Source: Pseudomonadota bacterium
Lineage (GTDB): Bacteria > Pseudomonadota > Gammaproteobacteria > Acidiferrobacterales > UBA6901
Direction of reading: 5' to 3'
Length of the DNA stretch: 60,525 bases
Assembly (NCBI GenBank): GCA_021778035.1
Contig: JAJYCY010000007.1
Location: 1-60,525 of the forward strand
Shown: positions 26,852-37,944 of the stretch, in pieces
Layout: each line of letters starts with the position of its first letter
How positions within the stretch are numbered: the stretch's first letter is position 1
Program-made: the position numbers and the translations under genes
The notes under the pieces: model-generated
The model's input: only the letters and a program-made list of their open reading frames with translations
Told to the model about the DNA's origin: nothing
The model's database searches: none

Positions 26852-27547
26852 ATGGCTGTCGATACCTTTCTGAAAGCGGCCAGCTCGACGGGCGGCATCG
26901 TCTACATCATGGCGGTGCTGTTGTTCATCGCTCTGGCGCTGGCGCTGGAGCGGACGTGGTATCTCAGGCGTGTACTGATGGCGGGAAACCGTGTCATCGC
27001 AGGCCTGGATTCCGTGATCCGCACGGAGAAACAGCAGCTGCGGGAGCTTGCCGAGGGTTGCGGAAACCTGCCCACGGCCCGGGTACTGGCCGCCGCATTC
27101 CGGGATGATCTGGACCACGATCTCGAACGGCTGTCGAGCCGGATCGAGGAGGCGATCCTGCGCGAAGCTCCGGGGATCGACCGCAATCTCTGGGTGCTCG
27201 ATACCATTGTCACGCTGGCACCGCTGCTCGGCCTGTTGGGCACCATCATCGGCATGTTCACTACCTTCCATGTGCTGTCGAATGCCGCCTCCGCGTCGCC
27301 CCAGGTCACCGGAGGCGTGGCCGAAGCGCTGCTCGCGACCGCATCAGGACTGTTTGTGGCCATCCTGGGGCTGGTTCTGTTCAATGGGCTGCAGAATCGT
27401 GTGCGTTCGATACTCCACCAGCTGGAAATCCTGCGGATCATGATCATGAACCGCATGTATCCCGACCATGTGGTTCCGTTGCAGGCCGGCACGACTGCCC
27501 GCGAGCGGTCCACAGGACCGCGCGCGCTGCGGGCGGGTGAAGCGTGA
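26852..27547 (+). CDS. exbB: MotA/TolQ/ExbB family proton-channel protein
   Basis: RBS AGGAGGGA precedes the ATG at 26852. The characteristic C-terminal TM pair is present: LDTIVTLAPLLGLLGTIIGMF ... GGVAEALLATASGLFVAILGLVLFN. Confidence 0.75.
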   Translation: MAVDTFLKAASSTGGIVYIMAVLLFIALALALERTWYLRRVLMAGNRVIAGLDSVIRTEKQQLRELAEGCGNLPTARVLAAAFRDDLDHDLERLSSRIEEAILREAPGIDRNLWVLDTIVTLAPLLGLLGTIIGMFTTFHVLSNAASASPQVTGGVAEALLATASGLFVAILGLVLFNGLQNRVRSILHQLEILRIMIMNRMYPDHVVPLQAGTTARERSTGPRALRAGEA

Positions 27548-27942
27548 ACAGGTATTATCTCGAGAGGAAGAAGGCCCGCATCGAGATCATTCCGATGATC
27601 GACATCATGTTCTTCCTGCTGGTTTTCTTCATCATGATCACGCTGCGCATGATACCGTCGGAGGGTCTCGTGACGAGTCTCCCGCGCAGTGCCACGGCAA
27701 TCACGCTGCCCCGGCCGCACGTGCTGGTAGCGCTGCATCCTGACGGCCGCATCACTGTTGACGGGCGCACGCTTACTGCGGCGGGGCTGACTGTTTTCCT
27801 GCAGGGCCGCGACCCCACCCGGGCTGCGGTGACCATCGAGGGGGCCAAGCGGGCTTCCATCCAGAACCTGGTCAGGGTCATGGATGCATGCCGGGCTGCC
27901 GGCATCACACATATCGGACTGGCCGCCAGGGCCAGTGGATAG
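27544..27942 (+). CDS. exbD: ExbD/TolR family protein
   Basis: A GTG start overlaps the exbB stop. The N-terminus RKKARIEIIPMIDIMFFLLVFFIMIT is the canonical ExbD/TolR TM helix. Confidence 0.75.
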   Translation: MNRYYLERKKARIEIIPMIDIMFFLLVFFIMITLRMIPSEGLVTSLPRSATAITLPRPHVLVALHPDGRITVDGRTLTAAGLTVFLQGRDPTRAAVTIEGAKRASIQNLVRVMDACRAAGITHIGLAARASG

Positions 27943-27973
27943 CCGCCTCGCGGCTGGAATCCCGGCAAAGGGC

Positions 27974-29218
27974 TCAGGGTCTGACTGCTTCCGGCAGGGC
28001 GGCTTCCGTACGATTGGTGCCGGTGTCCTTGGCGCGTCGCAGCGCCTGGGTGGCGCGCTGCAGCAGATTTTCGGGCTGTTCTCCCGGCAGATACCAGGCG
28101 AGCCCGGAAGAAAACGTCGGTGCAGACAGCTGTTTGCCCTGGTGCTGAAAATGGGCACGGGGTACCTGGCGGCGGGCCTTGGACAGCGCCGATACGGCCT
28201 GCTCGCGGCCGGTGTTGGGCAGCAGCACGGCAAATTCTCCGTTTTCTCCGAAGCGGGCGACCATGTCGTAGGAACGGAAGCTGCTCAGGATCTCGCTGGC
28301 ATAACATCGGACCACTTCCTCCGCGGCGCTGCTGCCAGCCAGGCTGCTGATGTCATCGATCCGGTCTGGATCGAGCATTGCCAGCGCGAGTGGCATGCCG
28401 TAACGCTGCGCGCGCCCGGTTTCTGCCCTCAGGCGGTGCAGGAAGGCGGTACGGTTGGGTATCCCGGTCAGCGCATCGGTCATGGCCGGGTCGCATCCCG
28501 GCGCAGCGGTTTCCCTGAGTCCATCGTGCAGTGACCGGATCTCGCGGGCGCTGTCTGTGGCAGAGTGCAAACGCCCGGCCAGCCGGTCGACGTCGTGGAC
28601 GATCTCGTCCAGGCAGTCGAGCAGTATTTCACGCAGAGCAGTAAATTCCGACACATCGTCAGCCTTTTCCAGCGCGAACCGCGCCGTCCGGGTGTGGGCG
28701 ATCAGGTCCGTTGCCTCGGCCGTCCCGTCGTCGAGATTCCGCCTGAGCGCGACGTAGGCTTCATCGATCCGGCTGCGCCGCATCACGTCACGATGGACGG
28801 TGGTGTCGCGCTCGGACATGTGCTGGCGCATCTGCCTGCGGTCACCGGCCGCGAGATGGTGGGCCGACCAGAGTACTGATGCCACCTGCTGCTCGAAGCC
28901 CTCCCGCATGCTGTCTGCTCCGGCAGAGGGGACCGGATCCCGCTCCAGAAAGGGGATGATGCGCTGCTGGATCAGCGCGGCACGCAGGCGGGTGGCCGAA
29001 TCGTTTCCGGCGCTTCTGCTGTAGCGGCGCAGCATGGCATAAGCAAAGGCAGCAAACGCGTGATCGATGGATTTGCGAATGCTGAGCCGGGTTTCGTTGC
29101 TGAGCTCGATCTGCACATGCAGCGCTTCGCCATCCGGCGTCTGCCTCAGCGTGCTGGCAAGCACCATCAGCGTACGGACCAGATCGGACTCGTCGGAAGG
29201 CGGCGAAAACGCGGACAA
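27974..29218 (-). CDS. GGDEF-domain protein with degenerate active site (ENGEF) and retained RxxD
   Basis: The C-terminal domain reads TDALTGIPNRTAFLHRL...PLALAMLDPDRIDDISSLAGSSAAEEVVRCYASEILSSFRSYDMVARFGENGEFAVLLPNTGREQA. The ~240-aa N-terminal region is unassigned. Confidence 0.7.
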   Translation of the reverse strand: MSAFSPPSDESDLVRTLMVLASTLRQTPDGEALHVQIELSNETRLSIRKSIDHAFAAFAYAMLRRYSRSAGNDSATRLRAALIQQRIIPFLERDPVPSAGADSMREGFEQQVASVLWSAHHLAAGDRRQMRQHMSERDTTVHRDVMRRSRIDEAYVALRRNLDDGTAEATDLIAHTRTARFALEKADDVSEFTALREILLDCLDEIVHDVDRLAGRLHSATDSAREIRSLHDGLRETAAPGCDPAMTDALTGIPNRTAFLHRLRAETGRAQRYGMPLALAMLDPDRIDDISSLAGSSAAEEVVRCYASEILSSFRSYDMVARFGENGEFAVLLPNTGREQAVSALSKARRQVPRAHFQHQGKQLSAPTFSSGLAWYLPGEQPENLLQRATQALRRAKDTGTNRTEAALPEAVRP

Positions 29219-29401
29219 AGTACAAATTCTCCCGGATTTCTCGTGAAATCACTGATATCTGTGATGGAAAATCTACATTCAGGGCGAAAAAATGGCAATC
29301 GGCAGGCCCACTTACAGCTACACAGGCCGTTTCCGGCTGGCCCGACCAGCGTACACTATGAACAAGCTTCAATCACTACCCCGACCCAGGAGACACGCCC
29401 G

Positions 29402-29995
29402 ATGAAAGGCCTGAGCAAGACGTTTCTTACCGGACTGGCGGCAATACTGCCGATCGCGGTCACCTTGTACGTGCTGATCCGGCTTGCCTCATGGGCGGAA
29501 TCGATTCTGGGCTCCGGGATCAAGCTGGTGCTGCCGTCACACCTCTACCATGTCGGGATGGGGATGGCGGCCGGAGTCCTGCTGGTCTTCATGCTGGGGG
29601 TCCTCATGCGGGTCTTCGTTGTGCGCCGCCTGTTCACCTGGGGCGAGAGCGTCCTCGGCCGCATTCCCCTGGTCAAGGTGATCTACGGATCGGTGCGCGA
29701 CCTGATGGGGTTCTTCTCCAGTGGCCAGACCCGGGGGTTCAGCCATGTGGTGCTGGTGACGCTCGGCCAGACGAACATCAGTGCGCTCGGTTTCGTGACA
29801 CGCGAAGACCTTGCCGGATTTGTACCCGGGACGTCGGGTACGGACCTGGTGGCGGTGTATATTCCGCTGAGTTACCAGATCGGCGGGCACATGGTGCTGG
29901 TGCCGCGCACCGCCATTCATCCTCTCGCCATGTCGATGCAGGATGCCATGCGGTTTGCAATCACCGCCGGAATGACCTCGAACCTGCCCTCCTGA
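29402..29995 (+). CDS. DUF502-family membrane protein
   Basis: MKGLSKTFLTGLAAILPIAVTLYVL..., RIPLVKVIYGSVRDL and VAVYIPLSYQIGGHMVLVP fit the DUF502 pattern. The upstream part of the track ORF (29060-) is antisense to the GGDEF gene. Confidence 0.6.
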   Translation: MKGLSKTFLTGLAAILPIAVTLYVLIRLASWAESILGSGIKLVLPSHLYHVGMGMAAGVLLVFMLGVLMRVFVVRRLFTWGESVLGRIPLVKVIYGSVRDLMGFFSSGQTRGFSHVVLVTLGQTNISALGFVTREDLAGFVPGTSGTDLVAVYIPLSYQIGGHMVLVPRTAIHPLAMSMQDAMRFAITAGMTSNLPS

Positions 29996-30005
29996 AAGCG
30001 GTCTC

Positions 30006-30935
30006 TCAGCCTAGCTTCAGTCGCGCCAGATCATTGCGGACATGCTCCGCGGATCGCCTGAACTGGGCGGACTCATCCTCGTCGAGATCGAGCTCCACGA
30101 CCTGCTCGACGCCGCCGCTGCCGAGAATGACCGGTACGCCCATGCATATGCCCTGCTGACCGTATTCGCCCTCCAGTATTGCCACGCACGGCAGAATGCG
30201 CCGTCGACCATGCCGGATGGCATCAACCATCGTCGCCACGGCCGCCGCCGGCGCGTCGTAGGCGCTGCTGGTCTTGCGGAGTGCCAGGATTTCGGCGCCG
30301 CCCTGGCGGGTTCGCTCGACGACACGGCCGATGGCCGCTGCATCGAGAAAGCGCGCAATCGGGATTCCGTTGATACAGGTATAGCGTGGCAAGGGCACCA
30401 TGGTATCCCCGTGTCCGCCGAGCACCATCGCGCTGATGTCCGTGACCGAAACCCCCGTTTCCATGGCGACAAAACTGGCCATGCGTGTTGAATCGAGCAC
30501 CCCGGACAGCCCGAATACGCGGTTGCGGGGCCAGCCACTGCGCTTCCAGGCCACGTAGGTCAGCACATCGACCGGATTGGTCACCATCAGGATCATGGCC
30601 TGCGGCGCCGAACGCACCGCCTCGTCGACCACCGCCGTGACGACCGGAACATTCACATCGAGCACGTCGGACCGGGACATGCCCGGTTTGCGTGGTACGC
30701 CGGCGGTGATGATGATCAGGTCTGATCCGGCCACCGAGCCGAGGTCATTATGCCCGCTCAGCTTCACGTCAAATCCGAAAATCGGCGCAGATTCCTGTAT
30801 GTCCAGGGCGGTCCCCTGGGGCATTCCTTCCTTGATGTCGATCAGCGCGATGTGCCGGCAAAGCTCGGCCTTGGCCAGGTTATGGGCGGTTGATTCTCCC
30901 ACGCGCCCCGCTCCCACGATCGCAATCTTGTCCAT
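30006..30935 (-). CDS. mdh: Malate dehydrogenase (LDH-like family)
   Basis: RBS GAAGGAGA is present upstream. MDKIAIVGAGRVGESTAH is the NAD-binding site. ITAGVPRKPGMSRSDVL has the MDH-type Arg. MVTNPVDV and VLGGHGDTMVPL are also present. Confidence 0.85.
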   Translation of the reverse strand: MDKIAIVGAGRVGESTAHNLAKAELCRHIALIDIKEGMPQGTALDIQESAPIFGFDVKLSGHNDLGSVAGSDLIIITAGVPRKPGMSRSDVLDVNVPVVTAVVDEAVRSAPQAMILMVTNPVDVLTYVAWKRSGWPRNRVFGLSGVLDSTRMASFVAMETGVSVTDISAMVLGGHGDTMVPLPRYTCINGIPIARFLDAAAIGRVVERTRQGGAEILALRKTSSAYDAPAAAVATMVDAIRHGRRRILPCVAILEGEYGQQGICMGVPVILGSGGVEQVVELDLDEDESAQFRRSAEHVRNDLARLKLG

Positions 30936-31065
30936 TTGGCAGTCTCCTTCTGTCCTGGGCAGTCTGGGCTTGATGCAACTTCCAGTATAGTGAAGCGGAC
31001 AGAGCGTTGCCGGCCCGGATTGTGCGGGCGGTTGCGCGGGACGCGCAATCGGCCCCGCAGGAGGT

Positions 31066-32349
31066 TTATCCCGGCCGGCGTGCCGGCCGGCTGCCGGCCA
31101 GCGGATGGCTGTTGTAATGGGCTGGCAGTGGAGCGCGGGCAACGCCCGAATCGATCGCCGCCTGGGCCACAGCCGGCGGCACTACCTCGATCAGTCGCGG
31201 GTCGAGCGGCTTCGGGATGATGTAGTCGGTGCCGAACTCAAGGCTGGTCAGTTTGTAGGCTTCGAGTACCTGCGGCGGAACGGGCCCGTGCGTCAGGGCC
31301 GAAAGCGCCCTGACCGCTGCAATTATCATTTCCTGGTTGATCCTGCGGGCACGGACGTCGAGTGCTCCCCGGAAAATAAACGGGAAACCCAGTACGTTAT
31401 TGATCTGGTTAGGGAAATCCGATCTGCCGGTGGCCATGATCAGGTCACTGCGCACCCCGTGTGCGACTTCGGGTCGGATTTCCGGGTCGGGGTTGGACAG
31501 CGCAAACACGATCGGGCGGCTGGCCATCGATGCCAGCATTTCCGGGCTGACCAGGTTGGCCGCCGATACGCCGATGAATACGTCGGCATCGCACATGGCA
31601 TCGGCGAGGCTGCGCGCGCCGGTCGAACGCGCGAACCGCTGCTTGTACACGTTCAGGTCATCGCGCCCGCTGTGAATCACGCCCTTGCTGTCGACCAGCA
31701 GCATGTTGTCGGCGTTGGCACCCAGAGTCTGCAGTAGACTCATGGATGTCAGGCCGGCGGCGCCTGCTCCCAGGCAGACAATGCGTGCCTCGGACAGTTT
31801 TTTGCCCTGGAGTTCCAGCGCGTTGAGCAGGCCGGCGGCGATGATTACCGCCGTGCCATGCTGATCGTCATGGAAAACCGGGATGTCCAGCAGCCTGATC
31901 AGTGCATCTTCGATGACAAAGCATTCCGGCGCGGCAATGTCTTCGAGGTTGATCCCCCCGAAGGTCGGTGCGATCGACGCCACCGTGCTGATGAACTCTT
32001 CCGTGGTGCGCGCCGCGACCTCGATATCGAACACGTCGATGCCGGCGAAATACTTGAACAGCACCGCCTTGCCTTCGAGCACCGGCTTGGCGGCGGCGGG
32101 GCCGACGTTTCCCAGCCCGAGCACTGCGGTGCCGTCGGTGATGACCGCAACCAGGTTGCCGCGATTGGTGTAGCGGTAGGCCGCTTCCGGGTCGGCCGCG
32201 ATTTCCCGCACGGGTTCCGCCACCCCGGGCGTATAGGCAAGTGACAGGTCGTACTGGGAAACGCAGGGCTTGCTGGGTGTGACGCTCAGCTTTCCGGGTA
32301 CCGGGAACGCGTGATAGTCGAGGGCGGCTTTCTTGAGGTCGTTATCCAT
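31066..32349 (-). CDS. NAD(P)-dependent malic enzyme (short form, no PTA-like domain)
   Basis: The N-terminus is MDNDLKKAALDYHAFPVPGKLSVTPSKP...DLSLAYTPGVA. VITDGTAVLGLGNVGP, FGGINLEDI, FHDDQHGTA and LGAGAAG are typical of MaeB-type malic enzymes. Confidence 0.85.
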   Translation of the reverse strand: MDNDLKKAALDYHAFPVPGKLSVTPSKPCVSQYDLSLAYTPGVAEPVREIAADPEAAYRYTNRGNLVAVITDGTAVLGLGNVGPAAAKPVLEGKAVLFKYFAGIDVFDIEVAARTTEEFISTVASIAPTFGGINLEDIAAPECFVIEDALIRLLDIPVFHDDQHGTAVIIAAGLLNALELQGKKLSEARIVCLGAGAAGLTSMSLLQTLGANADNMLLVDSKGVIHSGRDDLNVYKQRFARSTGARSLADAMCDADVFIGVSAANLVSPEMLASMASRPIVFALSNPDPEIRPEVAHGVRSDLIMATGRSDFPNQINNVLGFPFIFRGALDVRARRINQEMIIAAVRALSALTHGPVPPQVLEAYKLTSLEFGTDYIIPKPLDPRLIEVVPPAVAQAAIDSGVARAPLPAHYNSHPLAGSRPARRPG

Positions 32350-32471
32350 ACGCTTCCGATACGGGCGGCCGGGTTATCGCGGGCAATGTGTCGTGCAGTG
32401 CCATGTGCCGCCCGGGGGTTCCTGCGGCAGCCGTCTTGTTCCACCGCGGGGCAGGCGGGGCGCTCCCCGGG

Positions 32472-32504
32472 TCAAAACAAGAAGGCGCCGTCCGGCGCCT
32501 TCTT
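32472..32504 (-). terminator. Rho-independent terminator of rpmE
   Basis: On the minus strand, AAGAAGGCGCCG-GA-CGGCGCCTTCTT is followed by GTTTTG, about 30 nt after the rpmE stop. Confidence 0.7.
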
Positions 32505-32532
32505 GGGTGTGCCTGCGGCAGCATAGACGCTT

Positions 32533-32745
32533 TCAGCGCTTTGCACCCATCCCGTATTTCTGCCGGAACTTTTCGACGCGTCCCGCACTGTCCACGATTT
32601 TCTGCTTGCCGGTGTAGAAAGGATGGCAGCTCGCGCAGACTTCGACCTGCAGGTCGTGCCCCAGGGTCGAGCGGGTCGCAAACACGTTTCCGCAGGCGCA
32701 GCTGACCTGGATTTCCTTGTATTCAGGATGGATGCCGGTTTTCAT
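32533..32745 (-). CDS. rpmE: 50S ribosomal protein L31
   Basis: [49 protein letters not shown] is the canonical L31 sequence with CxxC...CxxC. Confidence 0.95.
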   Translation of the reverse strand: MKTGIHPEYKEIQVSCACGNVFATRSTLGHDLQVEVCASCHPFYTGKQKIVDSAGRVEKFRQKYGMGAKR

Positions 32746-32828
32746 GGGTTTACCTCTGCTCCAGAGGCCGAAAGACCTCCAAGGGGCGTGAATCTTAAGC
32801 AAAACCCGGGTGCCGTGCAAGTCCGGGC

Positions 32829-34085
32829 TCAGCGCCTCATCGAATCAAAGAATTCGGCGTTGTTCTTGGTCGAGCGCATCTTGTCCAGCAGGAATTCCGA
32901 GGCTTCCATGTCGTCCATGGGGTGCAGCAGCTTGCGCAGTATCCACATTTTCTGCAGCTCCGCCGGTTCGATGAGCAGCTCCTCGCGGCGCGTGCCCGAG
33001 CGGTTGATGTTGATGGCAGGATAGACGCGCTTTTCCGACAGCCTGCGGTCGAGATGGATCTCCATGTTGCCCGTACCCTTGAACTCCTCATAGATCACAT
33101 CGTCCATCTTGGAGCCGGTCTCTATGAGCGCAGTCGCCAGGATGGTCAGGCTGCCGCCTTCCTCGATGTTGCGTGCCGCACCGAAAAAGCGCTTTGGACG
33201 CTGCAGGGCATTGGCGTCGACACCGCCCGTAAGCACTTTGCCCGATGCCGGGACCACCGTGTTGTAGGCCCGGGCAAGACGGGTGATCGAATCGAGCAGG
33301 ATAATCACGTCACGCTTGTGTTCCACCAGCCGCTTGGCTTTCTCAATCACCATTTCGGCAACCTGGACGTGACGGGTCGCAGGCTCGTCGAATGTCGAAG
33401 AAATGACTTCCCCGCGTACCGAGCGTTGCATTTCCGTCACTTCTTCCGGCCGCTCGTCGATCAGCAGCACGATCAGCAGGCATTCCGGGTGGTTGGCCGT
33501 GATGGAATGCGCGATATTCTGCAGCATGACCGTTTTGCCGCTCTTGGGCGAGGAAACGATCAGGCCGCGCTGTCCCATACCGATCGGTGCCATCAGATCG
33601 ATGACCCGGCCGGTCAGGTTCTCGGTCGAGGCATTGTCCCGCTCGAGTTTGAGACGCCGGTTCGGGTGCAGCGGTGTCAGGTTCTCGAACAAAACCTTGT
33701 TCTTGGCTTCCTCCGGCGACTGGTAGTTGACCTGGTCCACCTTGAGCAGCGCGAAATAGCGCTCCGACTCCTTGGGCGGCCGGATAGTGCCGGTTACCGT
33801 GTCGCCGGTACGCAGGTTGAATCGCCGGATCTGCGAAGGTGAAACGTAGATGTCGTCGGGGCCCGCCAGATAGGAGCTGTCTGCGGATCTGAGGAATCCG
33901 AACCCGTCCTGAAGGATTTCGACCACACCTTCGCCGGTGATGTCCTCTCCCTTCTTTGCCTGGGCTTTGAGCAGCGCAAAAATCAGGTCCTGCTTGCGCA
34001 GTCGGCTTCCGCCCTCAAGGTCCATGGCGGCTGCCATGTCGACCAGTTCGGTTGCGGGTTTCTTTTTAAGTTCTGAAAGGTTCAT
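32829..34085 (-). CDS. rho: Transcription termination factor Rho
   Basis: [18 protein letters not shown]..., GFGFLRS, Walker A PKSGKT and [13 protein letters not shown] are all present. The gene is full length. Confidence 0.95.
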   Translation of the reverse strand: MNLSELKKKPATELVDMAAAMDLEGGSRLRKQDLIFALLKAQAKKGEDITGEGVVEILQDGFGFLRSADSSYLAGPDDIYVSPSQIRRFNLRTGDTVTGTIRPPKESERYFALLKVDQVNYQSPEEAKNKVLFENLTPLHPNRRLKLERDNASTENLTGRVIDLMAPIGMGQRGLIVSSPKSGKTVMLQNIAHSITANHPECLLIVLLIDERPEEVTEMQRSVRGEVISSTFDEPATRHVQVAEMVIEKAKRLVEHKRDVIILLDSITRLARAYNTVVPASGKVLTGGVDANALQRPKRFFGAARNIEEGGSLTILATALIETGSKMDDVIYEEFKGTGNMEIHLDRRLSEKRVYPAININRSGTRREELLIEPAELQKMWILRKLLHPMDDMEASEFLLDKMRSTKNNAEFFDSMRR

Positions 34086-34293
34086 AAGTCTGCGGGTCGG
34101 TTCGGTGGCGGCTGGGTACATAGGGAGGGGAAAGAACGGGCTTGCCCGGAGGCAGCCCTGTAAGTTGAAAAAAAGGGCTTAAACCTGACTGATTGTTGGA
34201 GTTGGAAGACTCGAAACGGGACTGTTCGATTCCTGCACGACTAACATAGCACCTGCGCGGGGCGCCGTCCAGTGCGCATGTCGCACGCCTTTG

Positions 34294-34620
34294 TCACAGG
34301 TTGCCGTCGATGAATGCCGACAGCTGGGATTTCGAAACCGCGCCGACCTTGGTTGCTTCGACGTTGCCGTTCTTGAACAGCATCAGCGTCGGAATGCCGC
34401 GGATGCCGTACTTGGGGGGCGTGGCCGGGTTTTCGTCAATGTTGAGCTTGATGATCTTGAGCTTGCCGGCATACTCCCCGGAGATCTCTTCCAGCACCGG
34501 CGCAATCATCTTGCACGGTCCGCACCACTCCGCCCAGAAATCTACAAGCACCGGACCCGGTGCCTTGAGGACTTCCTGCTCGAAGGAGCTGTCCGTAGTG
34601 TGACCGATGCTTTGACTCAT
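34294..34620 (-). CDS. trxA: Thioredoxin 1
   Basis: It contains [22 protein letters not shown] and the [14 protein letters not shown] motifs. It lies upstream of rho as in E. coli. Confidence 0.95.
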   Translation of the reverse strand: MSQSIGHTTDSSFEQEVLKAPGPVLVDFWAEWCGPCKMIAPVLEEISGEYAGKLKIIKLNIDENPATPPKYGIRGIPTLMLFKNGNVEATKVGAVSKSQLSAFIDGNL

Positions 34621-34820
34621 GGCTGCTTGTCTCCGAGGTGATTGCAAAAGAGGTCCGGGCAACAAGATGGCCGGGAGTGCCACCATGCCGGGAACCGGTA
34701 TTTTGAGCGGAATTGCCCGGACAATGCAACAATACGGGCATAAAATGCGATTTTGAGGCCGGAACAGACGGTTGCAGTGCCCTTAGGCGGCAATTCCTGA
34801 TATCCTTACGCGGACTATCC

Positions 34821-36257
34821 ATGAGCACACAACACCTTACCGACCGCAGGTTTTCCGATCTGGATCTGCCGGAGCCGCTGCTACACGGTGTCCGGGACCT
34901 CGGATTCGACTACTGTACTCCGATCCAGGCGGCAGCCCTGCCTCTTGCTCTGGCTGGCCACGATGTGGCCGGGCAGGCCCAGACAGGCACGGGCAAGACC
35001 GCTGCCTTCCTGCTGGCGGCATTCAACCACCTGCTGACCCGCCCTGCGGCGCCGGGGCGCCGTCCCGACCAGCCGAGAGTGGTGATCCTCGCCCCCACAC
35101 GCGAACTGGCCATACAGATCCACAAGGACGCCGAAATGCTGGGTGCCCACACGGGCCTGCGCCAGGTCCTGGTCTACGGCGGAACCGGCTATGAATCCCA
35201 GCGGCGCGCCCTGGAGCAGGGGGTCGACGTGCTGGTTGGCACACCCGGTCGCATGATCGATTACTTCAAGCAGCATGTCTTCGGGCTCGACGCGGTCCAG
35301 GTGATGGTGCTCGACGAGGCCGACCGCATGTTTGATCTCGGTTTCATCAAGGACATCCGCTATCTGCTCCGGCGTATGCCGCCTCCTGACCAGAGGCTGG
35401 GCATGCTGTTTTCAGCCACACTTTCATACCGGGTCACCGAGCTCGCGTATGAGCACATGAATAACCCCCAGCTCATCAAGATCGAGTCCGAGCGGATCAC
35501 GGCGGAACGGGTTACCGAGAGGATTTATCACACCGCCAACGAGGAAAAGATCCCGTTGCTCGTCGGACTGCTGCGCCACATGGACCCGAGACGCAGCCTG
35601 GTGTTCACGAACACGAAGGGTGCCGCGGAACGGGTGCGCGCCTGGCTGGCCACAAACGGGTTCAGCGTAGAGGTGCTCTCGGGCGATGTGCCGCAGACCA
35701 AGCGTCAGCACCTGCTGCGCGAGTTCCAGGAGGGGCGCCTGCCGATCCTGGTTGCAACCGACGTTGCGGCCCGGGGCCTGCATATTCCGGACGTGAGCCA
35801 CGTATTCAACTTTGATCTGCCGCAGGATTCCGAGGACTACGTCCATCGCATCGGGCGCACTGCACGCGCGGGCGCAAGCGGTGACGCGATCAGCTTTGCG
35901 TGCGAGGAATACGCATTTTCGCTGATGGATATCGAGCAATATATTGGCCACAAGATTCCGGTCGAGCGACTGGGCGATGACCTGCTGCCGGAACTGCAAC
36001 GGCCTGAAGGACTTGCGGCGTACGGCCGGGGAGGACGCCCTTCCCGCCGTGATGCCCGCCCGCCCGCGCGCCGGCCTGAGCGCGCGCGCCGGCGCCCTGA
36101 AGCCGGAGCGGACAAGGCCGGCCACCAGCCGCCGCCGCCAGCCCCCGTTGCCAGCCCCACAGCTGTGAAGGCTGAATCCGCCCACACCGGGGCGCAGCAG
36201 CCGAAACGCGGTCCGCTGCCCCGATTCAAACACCGGGAGAAGCCGGCTATCGGATAA
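34821..36257 (+). CDS. rhlB: ATP-dependent RNA helicase RhlB (DEAD-box) with Arg-rich C-terminal tail
   Basis: The Q-motif [16 protein letters not shown] (VLDEADRM), SAT and [10 protein letters not shown] are present. It is divergent from trxA as in E. coli. Confidence 0.9.
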   Translation: MSTQHLTDRRFSDLDLPEPLLHGVRDLGFDYCTPIQAAALPLALAGHDVAGQAQTGTGKTAAFLLAAFNHLLTRPAAPGRRPDQPRVVILAPTRELAIQIHKDAEMLGAHTGLRQVLVYGGTGYESQRRALEQGVDVLVGTPGRMIDYFKQHVFGLDAVQVMVLDEADRMFDLGFIKDIRYLLRRMPPPDQRLGMLFSATLSYRVTELAYEHMNNPQLIKIESERITAERVTERIYHTANEEKIPLLVGLLRHMDPRRSLVFTNTKGAAERVRAWLATNGFSVEVLSGDVPQTKRQHLLREFQEGRLPILVATDVAARGLHIPDVSHVFNFDLPQDSEDYVHRIGRTARAGASGDAISFACEEYAFSLMDIEQYIGHKIPVERLGDDLLPELQRPEGLAAYGRGGRPSRRDARPPARRPERARRRPEAGADKAGHQPPPPAPVASPTAVKAESAHTGAQQPKRGPLPRFKHREKPAIG

Positions 36258-36569
36258 AGGCCGGTGTGCGGGCCTTCCTCGCAGCAGGTCCCGGGGACGA
36301 CGCTGCCTGTTGCGGGCTCGTTTCCTGTCCCGCCAGCCGGAGAGCTGACCGGGCGCGGAGTCATTATCCCGGGTCCGTGTTGTCCACGCCGCGAGTATCC
36401 GGTGGTGCCGCGCACGATCTGCAGCTGAAAGCAGGACGTCCCCCTGCCGCGCCCTTCTCGGGGTGTCCCGGCCCAGGAGCTGGCACGATATCCTGGTCTG
36501 TGTGCGAGCCGCCATGCCAGTGCCTGCTGGCCTACGGCGCCCGCGCATCACCGTGGCGGCAATGCTGGT

Positions 36570-37943
36570 ATGATGGACTCCATGTCGCGCCCACGCTTTA
36601 CGGTCCTGAGTGTGTTCGTGCTGGTCCTGATGCTGTTCTGCAGGCCGCTGCTGGCATCGGGGCGGATTGTCGTGCAGCTGGATCTGCGCGGCACGATAGG
36701 ACCGGCCGCCAGCGACTATGTCCATGACGGTCTGGCGCGGGCCCGGGCGCTCAATGCGGCACTCGTGGTGCTGCGCATGGATACGCCCGGTGGCCTGGAC
36801 CTTGCCATGCGCCGGATCATCCGCGACATCCTTGCGTCGCCGGTGCCGGTGGCGGGGTTTGTCGCGCCGAGCGGCGCGCGCGCCGCCAGTGCCGGCACCT
36901 ACATCCTCTACGCCTGCAGCATCGCCGCCATGGCGCCCGCCACCAATCTGGGCGCCGCCACACCCGTGGAGATCAGCACACTGCCCGGTACGGGGAGGTC
37001 TGCGGCTCCTGCTGGCGGCAAGGCCGGTGTCGGCACCGCGACCGAAAGCACCGAGACCAGGAAGATGGTCAACGACGCCGCCGCCTATATCCGCGGCCTG
37101 GCCCAGCTGCGCGGACGCAACGCCACATGGGCGGTTGCTGCAGTACGCCGTGCTGCCAGCCTGCCTGCCAGGGAAGCGCTCCGGGCCGGTGTCATCAACC
37201 TGATCGCACGCAGCGTTCCGGACCTGGTGAAGCGGGTCAACGGTCTCAAGGTGGAGCTTGCCGGCAGCACGGTGACCCTGCACACGGCCGGTGCGCGCAT
37301 CGTGCGGATCAGGCCCGGCTGGCGCAATCGCCTGCTGTCAGTCATTGGCGACCCGACCATGGCCTATATCCTCATGCTTCTCGGTATCTATGGCCTGTTT
37401 TTCGAGATGTGGCATCCAGGTCTTCTGTTTCCAGGCATCATCGGCGTGGTATGCCTGCTGCTGGCGCTGTTCGCTTTCCAGTTGCTGCCAGTCAGCTTGG
37501 CCGGAATCGCACTGCTGCTGCTCGGCATCGGGTTGATGGTGGCGGAGGTTTTCCTGCCGACACTGGGTGTGCTGGGTCTCGGCGGCGCTGCGGCGTTTGC
37601 AGCCGGTTCGGTCATGATTCTCGATGCGGCTTCTCCGGGGTACGGCGCTTCCTGGCTGCTTGTCGGTGGCGTCACCGTGCTGAGCGCGGCATTTTTCCTG
37701 ACGGTTGCCAGTCTCGCGCTGCGCGCGCGCCGGCGCCCCGTGGTAAGCGGACGCGAGCAGATGATCGGGGCGAGCGGCGAGGCCCTGGCTGCGTTTGACG
37801 GCGACGGGCGCGTGCATGTGCACGGCGAGGAATGGCAGGCACATGCCAGCAGGCCCGTCACGCGCGGCCAGAAAATCAGGGTAATCGGCATGGAAGGCCT
37901 GGTACTGCAGGTGGAACCCAACGACGACGAGGAGGCGGGATAG
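36570..37943 (+). CDS. NfeD-family membrane-bound ClpP-class serine protease
   Basis: A signal/TM segment is followed by a ClpP-like domain (LDTPGGL..., [17 protein letters not shown]), multiple TM helices and a C-terminal OB-like NfeD domain ([21 protein letters not shown]). It lies directly upstream of an SPFH gene. Confidence 0.8.
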   Translation: MMDSMSRPRFTVLSVFVLVLMLFCRPLLASGRIVVQLDLRGTIGPAASDYVHDGLARARALNAALVVLRMDTPGGLDLAMRRIIRDILASPVPVAGFVAPSGARAASAGTYILYACSIAAMAPATNLGAATPVEISTLPGTGRSAAPAGGKAGVGTATESTETRKMVNDAAAYIRGLAQLRGRNATWAVAAVRRAASLPAREALRAGVINLIARSVPDLVKRVNGLKVELAGSTVTLHTAGARIVRIRPGWRNRLLSVIGDPTMAYILMLLGIYGLFFEMWHPGLLFPGIIGVVCLLLALFAFQLLPVSLAGIALLLLGIGLMVAEVFLPTLGVLGLGGAAAFAAGSVMILDAASPGYGASWLLVGGVTVLSAAFFLTVASLALRARRRPVVSGREQMIGASGEALAAFDGDGRVHVHGEEWQAHASRPVTRGQKIRVIGMEGLVLQVEPNDDEEAG

Positions 37944-37944
37944 C

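Noticed and set aside
30936-31142. N-terminal extension of the mdh ORF (track start 31142).
   Set aside because: MDH homology and a strong RBS (GAAGGAGA) define the start at 30935. The extension overlaps the malic-enzyme 3' end.
35424-37283. 619-aa minus-strand ORF.
   Set aside because: It is antisense to the rhlB 3' half and the nfeD 5' half. It spans an intergenic region and has no homology.
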